Assembly (NCBI GenBank): GCA_945860645.1
Contig: CAMATG010000001.1
Span: 1-51,810 of the forward strand
Length of the DNA: 51,810 bases
Origin: Candidatus Sulfopaludibacter sp. SbA3
Lineage (GTDB): Bacteria > Acidobacteriota > Terriglobia > Bryobacterales > Bryobacteraceae
Direction: 5' to 3'
Shown here: in pieces, positions 19,562 through 30,000 of the stretch
How the letters are laid out: every line of letters begins with the position of its first letter
Position numbering within the stretch: position 1 is the stretch's first letter
Notes under the pieces: generated by a model
The model's database searches: none
Told to the model about the DNA's origin: nothing
Seen by the model: only the letters and a program-made list of their open reading frames with translations
Made by a program: the position numbers and the translations under genes

Positions 19562-20098
19562 TCACGGGGTCTCCTCGGAATGGGTACGGGACATGGCTGG
19601 CCAGCGGGGATTGAGCCGCGGTTGGTGGGGGCTGTGGCAGCCGGTACAACTGAGTACTTTTCGTTCGGCGGCCCAGCCGCTGGTGCGTTTGCCGTGGGCG
19701 CCGCCGCGCCAATCGGCGGCCTGGCGGGAGTGGCATTGGGCGCAGAGTTCGTAGCTATTGTTGAAGCTGACTTCTTTGCCGTTCATCAACCGAAGCGACT
19801 CCGTCGGTGTTTCGCTGTGGCAGGTCTTGCATTCGGTGAAGGTCGCCGGCGCGTGTTGGAGTTTGATCTCCCAATGGGCGGCGGGCTTAGTCTGTTTAAG
19901 GGCGGTTAAAGGCTTTTCGTGGCAACGGGCGCAGGGGTATTTGGTCATCTGCGGGATGCGGGGATCCACCTGCATGGGCGGTGGGCCATCTGAGGTGCCG
20001 GACTGTTCAAGCGTGGCGAGGAGGCTGCGGTGGGGCGTAGCTTCGTGGTTGGCGCAGGCGGTAAGCAGGAGGATGGCGGCGAGGAGTGTGAGTCGCAT
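19562..20098 (-). CDS. tetrahaem c-type cytochrome, predicted lipoprotein
   Basis: Four CxxCH motifs: CARCH, CKTCH, CAQCH, CTGCH. Start [15 protein letters not shown] carries a lipobox. The ATG overlaps the upstream stop (TAATG). Confidence 0.8.
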   Translation of the reverse strand: MRLTLLAAILLLTACANHEATPHRSLLATLEQSGTSDGPPPMQVDPRIPQMTKYPCARCHEKPLTALKQTKPAAHWEIKLQHAPATFTECKTCHSETPTESLRLMNGKEVSFNNSYELCAQCHSRQAADWRGGAHGKRTSGWAAERKVLSCTGCHSPHQPRLNPRWPAMSRTHSEETP

Positions 20099-20778
20099 TA
20101 TTGGCCTCCTTCGCGGGTGAACGCGGCGAAGGGCCTGGCGCCGGTGACGTGGCATTGGCGGCAGTTGCTGCGCTCTGGATGGGTGGTCCGGATTTCAACC
20201 GGGGCGGCGGGGCCGCCGTGGCAGGCGATGCAATTGGACCGCATGTCGAGTTCGTGCGGGATGGCGGGCGGTGCGCCGGGAATGGCGCCTTTGGGGACGG
20301 CGGCCGTCTGGGCTGGCTGGAAGGTGGTGGGTTGGAAGGACGACTTGTTCTCCGGGTGGACGTGGCAACTGCGGCAGTTGATGAGTTCCGGGTGCGGGGT
20401 GACAGGGGTGAAGGCATTGAACTTCGGTGCCCAGCCGCCATCGAGGTGGCAGGCGAGGCAGGACTTGCCGCCCATGGACTGATCGTCGACCAGATCGTGG
20501 GGGATGGCGGGCGGGCCACCGGGATAGGAGCGGCGGGCGTAGTAGGCGGGGAGGTGGCGTTCTGGTTGGCCGGGGCCGGGCTTGACGTCTTTGAGGGATG
20601 CGCCTTTGCTGGAGCGTTCAAAGACGCCGGCTTCGGTGAGGATGGGAAGAGGTCTTTCGATGCTGGCGGCGGCGGGTGTGCGGGCGTCCCGTTCGCCGGC
20701 GCCGATGGCATGGCCGATGACGATGACGGCGGCGACCATCAGAGCAGCCGCGATTGCGATGCTCCAGTAGCGCTTCAT
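20098..20778 (-). CDS. napB: tetrahaem cytochrome made of two NapB-like dihaem units
   Basis: N-terminal anchor/signal. Two repeats: [18 protein letters not shown] and [18 protein letters not shown]. The start overlaps the napA stop (ATGA). Confidence 0.75.
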   Translation of the reverse strand: MKRYWSIAIAAALMVAAVIVIGHAIGAGERDARTPAAASIERPLPILTEAGVFERSSKGASLKDVKPGPGQPERHLPAYYARRSYPGGPPAIPHDLVDDQSMGGKSCLACHLDGGWAPKFNAFTPVTPHPELINCRSCHVHPENKSSFQPTTFQPAQTAAVPKGAIPGAPPAIPHELDMRSNCIACHGGPAAPVEIRTTHPERSNCRQCHVTGARPFAAFTREGGQ

Positions 20779-23087
20779 AAGGCTTTCTCAACCTTCACGG
20801 CGCACTTTTTGTAGTCCGGCTGTTTGGAGATGGGGCAGAAGGCGTCGAGGGTTAACTCGTTGATGAGCTTGCTTTCGTCGAAGAAGGGGACGAACACCTG
20901 GCCTTCGGGCGGGCGGCCGCGGCGGTCGATCAACGCCGGGAGGAGGATGGTGCCGCGGCGGGAGGTGAGGCGGACGCTGTCGCCGTTCTTGATGTTGAAG
21001 CGTTTGGCATCGTTGGGGTGAAGTTCGACGTAGGCGTTGGGCATGGCCTGGTGGAGCACCGGGATGCGGCGGGTCATGGAGCCGGTGTGCCAGTGCTCGA
21101 CGACGCGGCCGGTGTTCAGCCAGAAGGGGTAGTCCTTATCCGGCATTTCGGGCGGCGGTTCGTAGGGACGGAACCAGATCCAGGCCTTCTGGTCCGGCTT
21201 GCCGTAGAAGTGGTGGGTATCGCCGGGTTTGGCGGCGGGATCGTGTTTTGGGTTGTAGCGCCAGCGGGTCTCCTTGCCGTTGACGAAGGGCCACATGATG
21301 CCGGGGCGCTGACGGAGTTCGTCATAGGACGCCATTTCGTGGGCGGGACCGTGATGGAACTGGCGGTATTCTTCCCAGATTTCCTTGATGTGGGTTTCGG
21401 GTTTATAGGCGAAGAGCTTGCCGTGGCCCATGCGGCGGGCGACTTCGATGAGTTGCCAGGTATCGGACATGGCTTCGCCGGGGGGATCCACCATTTTTTC
21501 CCAGTGCTGGGTGCGGCGTTCGGAATTGCCGAACATGCCTTCGCGTTCGATCCACATGGCGGAGGGGAGGACGACATCGGCGATATCGGTGGTGGGTGTG
21601 GGGTAGACGTCGGAGACGACGACGAAGCGGTTTTCCTTCTTCAGGCCGTCGCGATAGCGTTTGAGTTTTGGCATCGTGACCATGGGGTTGGTCACTTGGA
21701 TCCAGATGAATTTCAGGTCTCCGCGGTCGAGGGCGCGGAACATTTCGACGGTGTGGAGCGTGGGCTTGGGGGCGATGTTCGAAACGGGGACGCCCCAGAT
21801 CTTGGCCGCCATTTCGCGGGAGTGGGGATCGGTAACTTCGCCGTGGGGGAGGCGATTGGTGAGGGTGCCGACTTCGCGGACGGTGCCGCAGGCGGAAGGC
21901 TGGCCGGTGAGAGAAAAGGGACTGTTGCCGGGGGTGGCGATTTTGCCGGTGAGGAGGTGGATGTTGTAGACGAGGTTCTGGATCCAGGTACCGCGGGTGT
22001 GCTGGTTCATGCCCATGCACCAGAAGCTGACGACGCGTTTTTTGGGGTCGCCGTAGAGCCCGGCGAGGTAGCGGATTTCGCGGGCAGGGACGCCGGAGAG
22101 TTTCTCCACTTTCTCGGGCTTGTAGTCTTCGAGAGCTTTCTTATAAGCGGCGAAATCGATGGTGCGGGGCTCGTCGGTGAAGGCGAATTTGTCTTCGAGG
22201 CCGTAACCGATGTTGGTCTTGCCGGCGTGGAAGGAGACGTGGCGCTGGAGGAAGGTGGAGTGGAGCCAGTTGTTGCGGATGAGCTCGTAGGCGATGGCGT
22301 TGGCGATGGCGAGATCGGTTTGAGGGAGGAAGAGGATGGAGCGGTCGGCAGCCATGCTGGTGCGGGTAGTGCGGGTGGCGAGATCGACCACGAGGGTGCC
22401 GGGGGACTGCTGGCGGCGCTCGAGCATGCGGCTGAAGAGGACCGGGTGCATTTCGGCCATGTTGTTGCCCCAGAGGATGAAAACGTCAGCGTTTTCGATG
22501 TCCTCGTAGCAGCCCATGGGTTCATCGAGGCCGAAGGTGGTCATGAAGCCGGTGACGGCGGAGGCCATGCAGAGGCGGGCGTTGCCTTCGACGTTGTTGG
22601 TGCCGATGGCGCCTTTGAAGAGTTTGGAGGCGCAGTAGCCGTCGGGGATCGTCCATTGGCCGGAGCCGTAGATGGCGACAGAATCCTTGCCGTGTTGGGC
22701 GATGTTCTCCTTGAGCTTGGAGGCGACGAGGTCGAGCGCTTCGTTGATAGGGGCTGGAACGAGCTTGCCGTTTTTGCGGATGAGGGCGGTCTTGAGGCGG
22801 TCCGCGCCGTAGAGGGCGAGGACGGAGTGGTAGCCTTTGACGCAGCAGAGCCCTTTGTTGACGGCGCTGGCGGGATCGCCTTTGACGGCGACAGCGCGGT
22901 TGTTGGATATGCCGATGAGGAGGCCGCAGCCGGTGCCGCAGAAGCGGCAGGGGGCCTTTTTCCAGGTGAGGCCGTTGATGGAATCGGTCGTGGCGGGGGC
23001 GGCGAAGGAGACGCCGGGAACGAGTTCGGTGGCGGCGGTGATGGCGGCTGCACCGGCCATTCTTATCAGCATTTCGCGGCGATTCAT
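20775..23087 (-). CDS. napA: periplasmic nitrate reductase catalytic subunit
   Basis: Tat signal [15 protein letters not shown]. The N-terminal 4Fe-4S motif is [31 protein letters not shown]. Molybdopterin oxidoreductase length of 770 aa. Confidence 0.92.
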   Translation of the reverse strand: MNRREMLIRMAGAAAITAATELVPGVSFAAPATTDSINGLTWKKAPCRFCGTGCGLLIGISNNRAVAVKGDPASAVNKGLCCVKGYHSVLALYGADRLKTALIRKNGKLVPAPINEALDLVASKLKENIAQHGKDSVAIYGSGQWTIPDGYCASKLFKGAIGTNNVEGNARLCMASAVTGFMTTFGLDEPMGCYEDIENADVFILWGNNMAEMHPVLFSRMLERRQQSPGTLVVDLATRTTRTSMAADRSILFLPQTDLAIANAIAYELIRNNWLHSTFLQRHVSFHAGKTNIGYGLEDKFAFTDEPRTIDFAAYKKALEDYKPEKVEKLSGVPAREIRYLAGLYGDPKKRVVSFWCMGMNQHTRGTWIQNLVYNIHLLTGKIATPGNSPFSLTGQPSACGTVREVGTLTNRLPHGEVTDPHSREMAAKIWGVPVSNIAPKPTLHTVEMFRALDRGDLKFIWIQVTNPMVTMPKLKRYRDGLKKENRFVVVSDVYPTPTTDIADVVLPSAMWIEREGMFGNSERRTQHWEKMVDPPGEAMSDTWQLIEVARRMGHGKLFAYKPETHIKEIWEEYRQFHHGPAHEMASYDELRQRPGIMWPFVNGKETRWRYNPKHDPAAKPGDTHHFYGKPDQKAWIWFRPYEPPPEMPDKDYPFWLNTGRVVEHWHTGSMTRRIPVLHQAMPNAYVELHPNDAKRFNIKNGDSVRLTSRRGTILLPALIDRRGRPPEGQVFVPFFDESKLINELTLDAFCPISKQPDYKKCAVKVEKAL

Positions 23088-23389
23088 GCGGCTTCCTCTT
23101 CGGTGATGCCGGCGACGAGGCTAAGGCATTGGATGTGAGGGAGGGCTTCGAGTTGAGCCGCCAGGAGTTTTTCGGCGGGCTCGGTGGGGGTGTCGGTAAT
23201 TAAGAGAAGGAGCTCCCGGTTTTCGGCGGGGAGCACTTGGCACCCGGGGATTTGGAGGAGCTGGGATTGCAGCTCGGCGGCCTTACCCGGCAGTGGCCAC
23301 GCGATGTAACTCTTGATCGGCACGGGTCCAGTCTGCACCCCAATTGGCGCGACGACAGTAACCGGAGTCACAATGGAACGGTGAGCCAA
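23084..23389 (-). CDS. napD: NapD-like chaperone
   Basis: [42 protein letters not shown].. resembles NapD. The stop overlaps the napA start (ATGA). The start is uncertain: GTG at 23323 (80 aa) avoids overlap with the divergent regulator. Confidence 0.65.
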   Translation of the reverse strand: MAHRSIVTPVTVVAPIGVQTGPVPIKSYIAWPLPGKAAELQSQLLQIPGCQVLPAENRELLLLITDTPTEPAEKLLAAQLEALPHIQCLSLVAGITEEEAA

Positions 23390-24058
23390 CTCAGTCTACA
23401 GGCCCTGTCCGCCATCGACTTATTCGCTGTGCTGCCGCCCGCGGAACGGGAGAGGCTGGCGTCGCTGGCGGTGATCCGGAAGTTCGACGCGAAAGAATCG
23501 TTATTTGATGAGGGCCAGCCGTGCGAGGGGATTTGGGTGGTGGCGAGCGGCAGTGTGCGGGTGTACAAATTCACGCCGGGCGGGCGGCAGATTGTGCTGG
23601 CCGTGCAGGAGGCGCCGGCGACGGTGGCCGAGGTGCCGGTGTTCGACGGCGGTCCGTATCCGGCGACGGTGATCACACAGGAGCCGAGCGAGGCGATGCT
23701 GATCCGCAAGGACGATTTTCTGGCGTGTTGCCGCCGGAACCCGGAGTTGACGTTGAAGTTTTTGAACGTGTTCAGTGCGCGGTTGCGGCATCTGGTGGGG
23801 TTTGTGGAACGGGTGACGTTTGGGAGCATCCGGCAGCGGCTGGCGCAGGCGCTGGTTGAGATGGCGGATGCCAATGGGGCTTCGTTTGCGATGGCGGAGA
23901 CGCATGAGGACTTGGCCAACCGGTTGGGAACGGTGCGGGAGGTGGTGTCGCGGAATCTGGGGCGTTTTCAGAGCGAAGGGCTGATCCGGCTGCACCGGCG
24001 GGATGTGCAGATTCTGAATCGGGCGGGGCTGGCGGCGGAAGCGGAGACGAATTTTTAG
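23381..24058 (+). CDS. Crp/Fnr-family transcriptional regulator
   Basis: GTG at 23381. cNMP-binding-like fold (LFDEGQPCEGIWVVASGSVRVYK). C-terminal HTH EDLANRLGTVREVVSRNLGRF with the E--SR recognition motif. No N-terminal Cys cluster. Confidence 0.8.
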   Translation: MSQLSLQALSAIDLFAVLPPAERERLASLAVIRKFDAKESLFDEGQPCEGIWVVASGSVRVYKFTPGGRQIVLAVQEAPATVAEVPVFDGGPYPATVITQEPSEAMLIRKDDFLACCRRNPELTLKFLNVFSARLRHLVGFVERVTFGSIRQRLAQALVEMADANGASFAMAETHEDLANRLGTVREVVSRNLGRFQSEGLIRLHRRDVQILNRAGLAAEAETNF

Positions 24059-24091
24059 GTAACAGATTCTGGCGGCGGCGATCTAATTGCC

Positions 24092-24349
24092 GTGACGAAA
24101 TTGCTGGTTGTTGCCGCCCTGGTGAGTGGATTGGTGTTCGGGGAAGAGCCGTCGAAAGACGCGAAGAAACGGGTGACGGTGGTTGGAACCGCGGCGGTCG
24201 CGGGCGCGGCGATTGGTGCGGCTATCGCGAAAGAGAACCGCGTGAAGGGCGCCATGATTGGCGCGGCGGTAGGCGGGGCGGCTGGGTTGATCATCGACCA
24301 GATGAACAAGAAGAAAGACGCAAAGCCACAAAAGTTTTCCGAACTTTGA
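24092..24349 (+). CDS. small secreted glycine-zipper protein
   Basis: Signal-like MTKLLVVAALVSGLVFG, then GTAAVAGAAIGAAIA..GAMIGAAVGGAAGLI. GTG start. Confidence 0.55.
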   Translation: MTKLLVVAALVSGLVFGEEPSKDAKKRVTVVGTAAVAGAAIGAAIAKENRVKGAMIGAAVGGAAGLIIDQMNKKKDAKPQKFSEL

Positions 24350-24373
24350 GCGGTTCGTACCGTAGTCTCCGGC

Positions 24374-25525
24374 ATGAACCTGCTCATTGGCTTGGCCGCG
24401 TTTCTATCCGTTGGCGGCCTGGCTTTTGCCGAGCCACTCCAGATTCGGCGTCTGGATGGCTCGGCGATTTCTGTTGTTGAGGCGGACCGGATGGCGGCCG
24501 AGGTGCTGCGCGCGAATGGCGTGACCGGTGCGCAGATGGCGGTGATCGACCGGGGCCGCGTGGTGTGGATGCGCGCGTTTGGGATGCGGCGGTTGGAGCC
24601 TGCATTGCAGATGCGCACCGATACCAGTATCTGGGCGGCGTCGATTACGAAGGGTGTTTTTGCCGACTACGTTGTGGGGCATAGTGGCGTGGCGCTGGAC
24701 GTGCCGGTGGCGCGGCAGTTGGGTGCTCGGTTGGAGAGCTTCAAGGAGTATACGGAGAAGGCCACGGTGTTGGTGGCGGATCCACAATGGCCGTTGGTGA
24801 CGCCGCGGATGCTGCTGGCGCATACGTCGGGGCTGGCCAATTTTGCGTTCCTGGAGCCGGACAAAAAGATGCACCTGCATGCGGCGCCGGGGGCGGCGTA
24901 TCGGTACTCCGGGGAGGGGCTGAATTTACTGCAGTTGTTGGTGGAGCAGAAGCAGGGCCGGCCGTTGGATGTGTTGATGCAGGAGGCGATGTTCGGGCCG
25001 TTGGGCATGACGCGGACGGGTCTCATTTTCAGGCAGGAATTTGCAGACAACGTGGCCGATCGGTTTGGCGCGGATGGGAAGTTTCTGGCGCAGACACGTC
25101 GATTTCCGGCACGGGCGGCGGGGAGCATGGCGACGACGGTGGAGGACCTGGCGAAGTATGCCGTGGCGTTGATGAATGGGCGCACGGTGAAGACGTTGAC
25201 GAAGCCGGTGGTGCCCATACGGACTGTGCACCAGTTCCCGGTTGCTGGGGATGCGATGGAAGGCGAAGAGGCCGGGCGCGTGGGGTTGGCGTACGGGATG
25301 GGTTGGGGGTTGTTGACGAAGACCCGGTTTGGGCCGGCGTTCTTCAAAGAGGGCCGCGGGGACGGAGCGGTGAACTACATGATCTGCTTCCCGAAGCGGA
25401 AGGCTTGCATGATTTTGCTGACCAATAGTGAGAACGGGAACAGGGCGTTCCGGCCATTGCTGGAAGGGATCTTCGGCAACACCGTCACGCCCTGGGAGTG
25501 GGAAGGTTACTTGTTCGCCAAGTAG
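24374..25525 (+). CDS. serine hydrolase of the beta-lactamase / PBP family
   Basis: Signal peptide MNLLIGLAAFLSVGGLAFA. SxxK motif SITK (AASITKGVFA). HTSGL motif. Confidence 0.8.
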   Translation: MNLLIGLAAFLSVGGLAFAEPLQIRRLDGSAISVVEADRMAAEVLRANGVTGAQMAVIDRGRVVWMRAFGMRRLEPALQMRTDTSIWAASITKGVFADYVVGHSGVALDVPVARQLGARLESFKEYTEKATVLVADPQWPLVTPRMLLAHTSGLANFAFLEPDKKMHLHAAPGAAYRYSGEGLNLLQLLVEQKQGRPLDVLMQEAMFGPLGMTRTGLIFRQEFADNVADRFGADGKFLAQTRRFPARAAGSMATTVEDLAKYAVALMNGRTVKTLTKPVVPIRTVHQFPVAGDAMEGEEAGRVGLAYGMGWGLLTKTRFGPAFFKEGRGDGAVNYMICFPKRKACMILLTNSENGNRAFRPLLEGIFGNTVTPWEWEGYLFAK

Positions 25526-27048
25526 GCGCGCCAGCCGCCGAGATGGGTAATCTCTTTGGCGCCGGCGAGTCCGGCGGGTTCGCAGATGAAGCCGGTGGCG
25601 GTGGTGCCGTCATCGAGCGTGAGCGAGCCGAGGCCTAATGGGGACGGGATCAACGCCAGGAAACTGCCGAGGTTTTGCGCGGGCATGCCCCAGACTTCCA
25701 CTTCAATCCCGGGGCCTTCGTAGCCGGGTTCGCGGACCAGGCCGGGCTTCGGCGGCGTGGTGTTGGCCAAGGCGTAAAGGCGGTAGTCCTTGGCGGTTTT
25801 GCAGGTTTTCAGCAGCCGCGCGCCGCGTTCGGTGAGCTGCTTGTTCAAGGGCTGCCCGGTGAGATGGGCGCCGACGACGGTGACCTTCACCTCTTCCAGG
25901 CGGGCGGCAAGATCGAGCAGTGCCCAGTCCGTATGGGCCTGGCCGATGAGCGTGACGCCGAAGGGGAGACCGTTGGGGCGGAAGCCGGCGGGGATGGCGA
26001 GGGCCGCGAGATCGAGAAGATTGACGAAGTTGGTGTAGTAGCCGAGGTTGGAGTTCAGCTTCACCGGGTCGGCTTCCACTTCGCTGATCTTGTACGTGGT
26101 GCCGGTGGTGGGGAGGAGCATGACGTCGATGCTCTCCCACGTTCTCAGCGTTTCGGCTTTGTACTCTTCCAGCTTGTACATGGCCTTGAACGTGTCGGCG
26201 GCGGAGTAGTTCTTGCCGCCGAGAATGATGTTCTTGACGACCGGGTGGGCGTCATTGGGATGGCCTTCCAGGAAGCCGCCCACCGCTACATAGCGCTCGG
26301 CCACCCAGGGGCCGCTATAGAGCAGTTGCGCGGTGTCGCGGAAGGGGACGTAATCGATTTCCACCCGCTGGCCACCGGCGGCCTCCAGCTTCTTGATGGC
26401 CGATTGGTAGAGCGCGGCGGCGGCATCGTCACCGAAGAACTGTAGGTGTTCAGCGGCCGGAACGCCGAAGCGGAAGGGGCCGTTGGCCCAGGCGGGCGTG
26501 GCCTTGCGGGGATTGGCCGCTTCAAAAACGCGCTGCGCGGTGCGGACGTCGCGGGTGAAGATGGACACGCAATCAAGGCTGGCGCAGGCGGGGACGACGC
26601 CCACCGTGGACAGGATGCCCTTGGTGGGTTTCAGGCCGTAGATGTTGTTGAACGCGGCGGGAACACGGCCGGAGCCAGCGGTGTCGGTACCTAGGGAGAA
26701 GTCGACTTGACCGCTGGCTACGGCGACGGCGGATCCTGAGGATGATCCGCCGGAGATGTATTCGGGGTTGAACACGCTGACGCAGGCGCCGTAGGGCGAG
26801 CGCACGCCGACAAGGCCGGTGGCGAATTGGTCGAGGTTCGTTTTGCCGATGGCGCGGGCGCCGGCTTGTTCGAACATCGCCACGACGGGGGCGGTCTTTT
26901 CGGGCGTGTTGGAGTAGGCTGGGCAGCCGGCGGTGGTGGGCACGCCGGCGTAATCGATGTTGTCTTTGATGGCGAAGGTGAGGCCCGTCAGGGGGCCGGG
27001 CTTCGCCGGTTTTTCGGGGATCGCGGAGATCCAGACGGGGGGCTTCAT
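25507..27048 (-). CDS. allophanate hydrolase (amidase-signature enzyme), N-terminally compact
   Basis: FAIKDNIDYAGVPTTAGCPAY, GGSSSGSAVAVA, and a C-terminal allophanate-hydrolase-type domain (VTVVGAHLTGQPLNKQL..YRLYAL). ATGA overlap with the carboxylase stop. Confidence 0.88.
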   Translation of the reverse strand: MKPPVWISAIPEKPAKPGPLTGLTFAIKDNIDYAGVPTTAGCPAYSNTPEKTAPVVAMFEQAGARAIGKTNLDQFATGLVGVRSPYGACVSVFNPEYISGGSSSGSAVAVASGQVDFSLGTDTAGSGRVPAAFNNIYGLKPTKGILSTVGVVPACASLDCVSIFTRDVRTAQRVFEAANPRKATPAWANGPFRFGVPAAEHLQFFGDDAAAALYQSAIKKLEAAGGQRVEIDYVPFRDTAQLLYSGPWVAERYVAVGGFLEGHPNDAHPVVKNIILGGKNYSAADTFKAMYKLEEYKAETLRTWESIDVMLLPTTGTTYKISEVEADPVKLNSNLGYYTNFVNLLDLAALAIPAGFRPNGLPFGVTLIGQAHTDWALLDLAARLEEVKVTVVGAHLTGQPLNKQLTERGARLLKTCKTAKDYRLYALANTTPPKPGLVREPGYEGPGIEVEVWGMPAQNLGSFLALIPSPLGLGSLTLDDGTTATGFICEPAGLAGAKEITHLGGWRAYLANK

Positions 27049-30000
27049 CGCAGCACCGCCAGGACCTGGCCGGGCTGGACCATGGCGCCCGGTGTGCAGC
27101 GCATTTCGATGAGTTCACCGGCCGAGGGGGCGGTGATGGCGAGCTCCATTTTCATGGCCTCCAGAACGATGAGTTTGTCGCCGGCTTTGACGTGCTGGCC
27201 GGTTTCGCCGGGGACGGCCCAGACGCTGGCGGCGATGGGCGAGCGGACCGCGGTGGCACCTTCGGGGAGGGCGTCTTCGGGGGGCGGCGGAAGATCGTCG
27301 AGCGCGGGCGCGATGTACTCGCCCCAGCGGTCGCGTTCTTCGCGGAAGGATTGATCGCGTTTCGTTTGGAACGCGAGCGTCTCCGCTTCGATGGACTTCA
27401 GGAACGCCTGGTGTTCGGCGAGGTTGAATTCGCCCTCTTCGATGCGCGGTGTGAAGTTGGGATCGGCGCGGAGTTTCAGCAGCTCTTCGGCCGAGACGGG
27501 GTAGAACTGGAGGCGATCGAAGAAGTCCAGCAGCCAGGGTTTGGGCTGGCGGTGGGTCTTCCACATCTGCGTTGTGCGGCCGACGAACTGGTAGCCGCCG
27601 GGGCCTTCCATGCCGTAGACGCAGAGATAAGCGCCGCCGATACCGACCGAGTTTTCCGCGGTCCAGGTGCGGGCCGGGTTGTATTTCGTCGTGACAAGCC
27701 GGTGGCGGGGATCGATGGGCGTGGCCACCGGCGCGCCGAGGTAGACGTCGCCCAGGGCGAGCGTCAGCCAGCTGGCTTCGAAGACGGTACGGAAGACGTC
27801 GTCCACCGATTCCAGGCCGTTGATGCGGCGGATGAATTCGATGTTCCAGGGGCACCAGGGCGCATCGGCACGGACGCCTTGCATGTACTTTTCGATGGCG
27901 AGGCGGGTGGCCGGATCGTCCCAGGAGAGCGGCAGGTAGACTTTGCGCGAGGGCACGCTGGTGAGCGGGTGGGCCTGGGCATCGTCGATGCGGGCGAAGA
28001 GTTCGTCGCGGCTGATTTTGGTGTTGTCGTAGTGGATCTGGAGGGAGCGGATGCCGTGCGTGAGGTCGATGATGCCTGGCGTTCCTTCGAGTTGACGACG
28101 CAGGGAGTGGGCGGCGAAAGAGAGTTCGAAATCGAGCTGATTGGGGCCGAATTCGACGAGGAGGTTCTGATCGCCATCGGCGCGGATGACGACGCCGGGG
28201 GCTTCGCCGCGGAGAATGGCGGGTTCGTTATTGACGCGGACGAAGCGGACGGTGTCGCCGGCTTTCAACTGGCCCATTTTCCAGAGCTCGTCCTTGACGA
28301 TGGTGGCCGGGCAGACGAAGCCGCCGCAGCTGGGGCCGTCGGGGCCGAGGATGATGGGCATGTCGCCGGTGAAATCCACGGTGCCGACGGCGTAGGCGTT
28401 ATCGTGAATGTTCGACGGGTGGAGACCGGCTTCGCCGCCGTCCTTGCGGGCCCACTGCGGCTTGGGGCCGAGGAGGCGGATGCCCGTGCGATCGCTGTTA
28501 TAGTGCACGCGCCAGTCGTGCGAGAAGAACATGCCGATGTCTTCTTCGGTGAAGAAATCGGGCGCGCCGTGGGGGCCGTAGGTGACGCCGATCTGCCATT
28601 CCTTGCCGTATTCGGGCGGATTTTGGCACGGGGCGGGCTCGGCGATCGTGGTGGTGCTGAAGCGGAGCAGGTCGCCAGCGCGGAGGTGGCGGCCGCCGAA
28701 CTTGCCGAGGATGAATGTGGCGCGGCTGCCGAGGTAGAGCGGGACATCGATGCCGCCGCGGATGGCGAGATAGCCACGCGCGCCGGCGCCGTTGACGGGG
28801 GTGAAGCGAATGGTCTCGCCGGCCTTGACGAAGAGCGGTTGCCAGCGCGGGATGCCCATGTCTGCGCCGGTGGCGGCGATGACGGCGTCGTGATGGAACT
28901 TCAAGGTCGGCCCGATGAGGGACATTTCCAGGCCGGCGGCATCGGGCGCGTTGCCCACGATTTCATTGGCGATGCGGAAGGCCTTATCGTCAATGGGACC
29001 CGAGGGCGGCACGCCGATGTGCCAGTAGCCGAGGCGGCCGGGGAAGTCCTGCACGGTGGTTTGGGTGCCGGGTTCCAGGACCTCGATAGCGCGGGTCTGG
29101 TAATCGAAGTTGCGGAGGAGGGAAGTGGGGAAGGTGCCGGAGGCGAAGGCGTCCGAGCCGACGACGGCGCGGAGGTAATCGACGTTGGTTTCAATGCCGG
29201 CGATGACGGTTTCGGCAAGCGCCTGGCGGAGTTTGGCGACGGCCTCGGCGCGGCTGGCGCCGTTGACGATGATCTTGGCGACCAAGGGGTCGTAGAACGT
29301 GGAGACTTCGGTACCGGATTCGACCCAGGTTTCGACGCGAGCGTCCTTGGGAAACTCGACGTGGCTGAGCGGGCCGGCGCAGGGGCGGAAGTCGTGGAGC
29401 GGCGATTCGGCGTAGACGCGGACTTGAATGGACGCGCCGCACGGGGTGACTTCGCGGATGGGGCTTTCGCCGGCGGCGAGGCGGACCATCCATTCAACAA
29501 GATCGACGCCGGTGACCTCTTCGGTGACGCCGTGTTCCACCTGCAGGCGGGTGTTTACTTCGAGGAAATAGAACTCGCCGCGGGTCTCGTCGTAGATAAA
29601 TTCGACGGTGCCGGCGTTGCGGTAGGAGACCAGTTCGCCGAGGCGGACAGCGGCGGCTTTTAACGACTCGCGGGCGGTGCTGGAGATGCCGGGCGCGGGC
29701 GTTTCCTCCACCACCTTTTGATTGCGCCGCTGGGCGGAGCAGTCGCGCTCGCCGAGCGCGACGACGTGGCCATTACCGTCGCCGAAGATCTGCACTTCGA
29801 TGTGGCGGGCCTTTTCGACGAAGCGTTCGGCGTAGATGCCGGTCTGCTTGAAGTTCGATTGGCTGAGGCGCTGGATGGCTTCGAAAGCCTCTTCCAACTC
29901 CTCGCGGGAATGGCAGACGCGCATGCCGATACCGCCGCCACCGGCGGTGGATTTGAGCATGAGCGGGAAGCCGACGACGGCCGCGTCTTTCGCGTGTTCG

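Noticed and set aside
18618-19736. Long N-terminal extensions offered by the ORF track for several genes: 18618-19736, 19562-20155, 31000-31950, 31722-32822, 43013-45781, 5419-6495, 2569-3111, 15753-16643, 23237-24058.
   Set aside because: The extensions are Arg/Pro-rich, overlap the upstream gene, and precede an internal start. That internal start gives a proper signal peptide, Tat motif, SD or start-stop overlap, so the shorter coordinates were used.
23312-23400. FNR/CRP box for the nap promoter.
   Set aside because: Only a TTGAT half-site (23312-23316) and a TCACA pentamer are present. There is no palindromic partner at the correct spacing.
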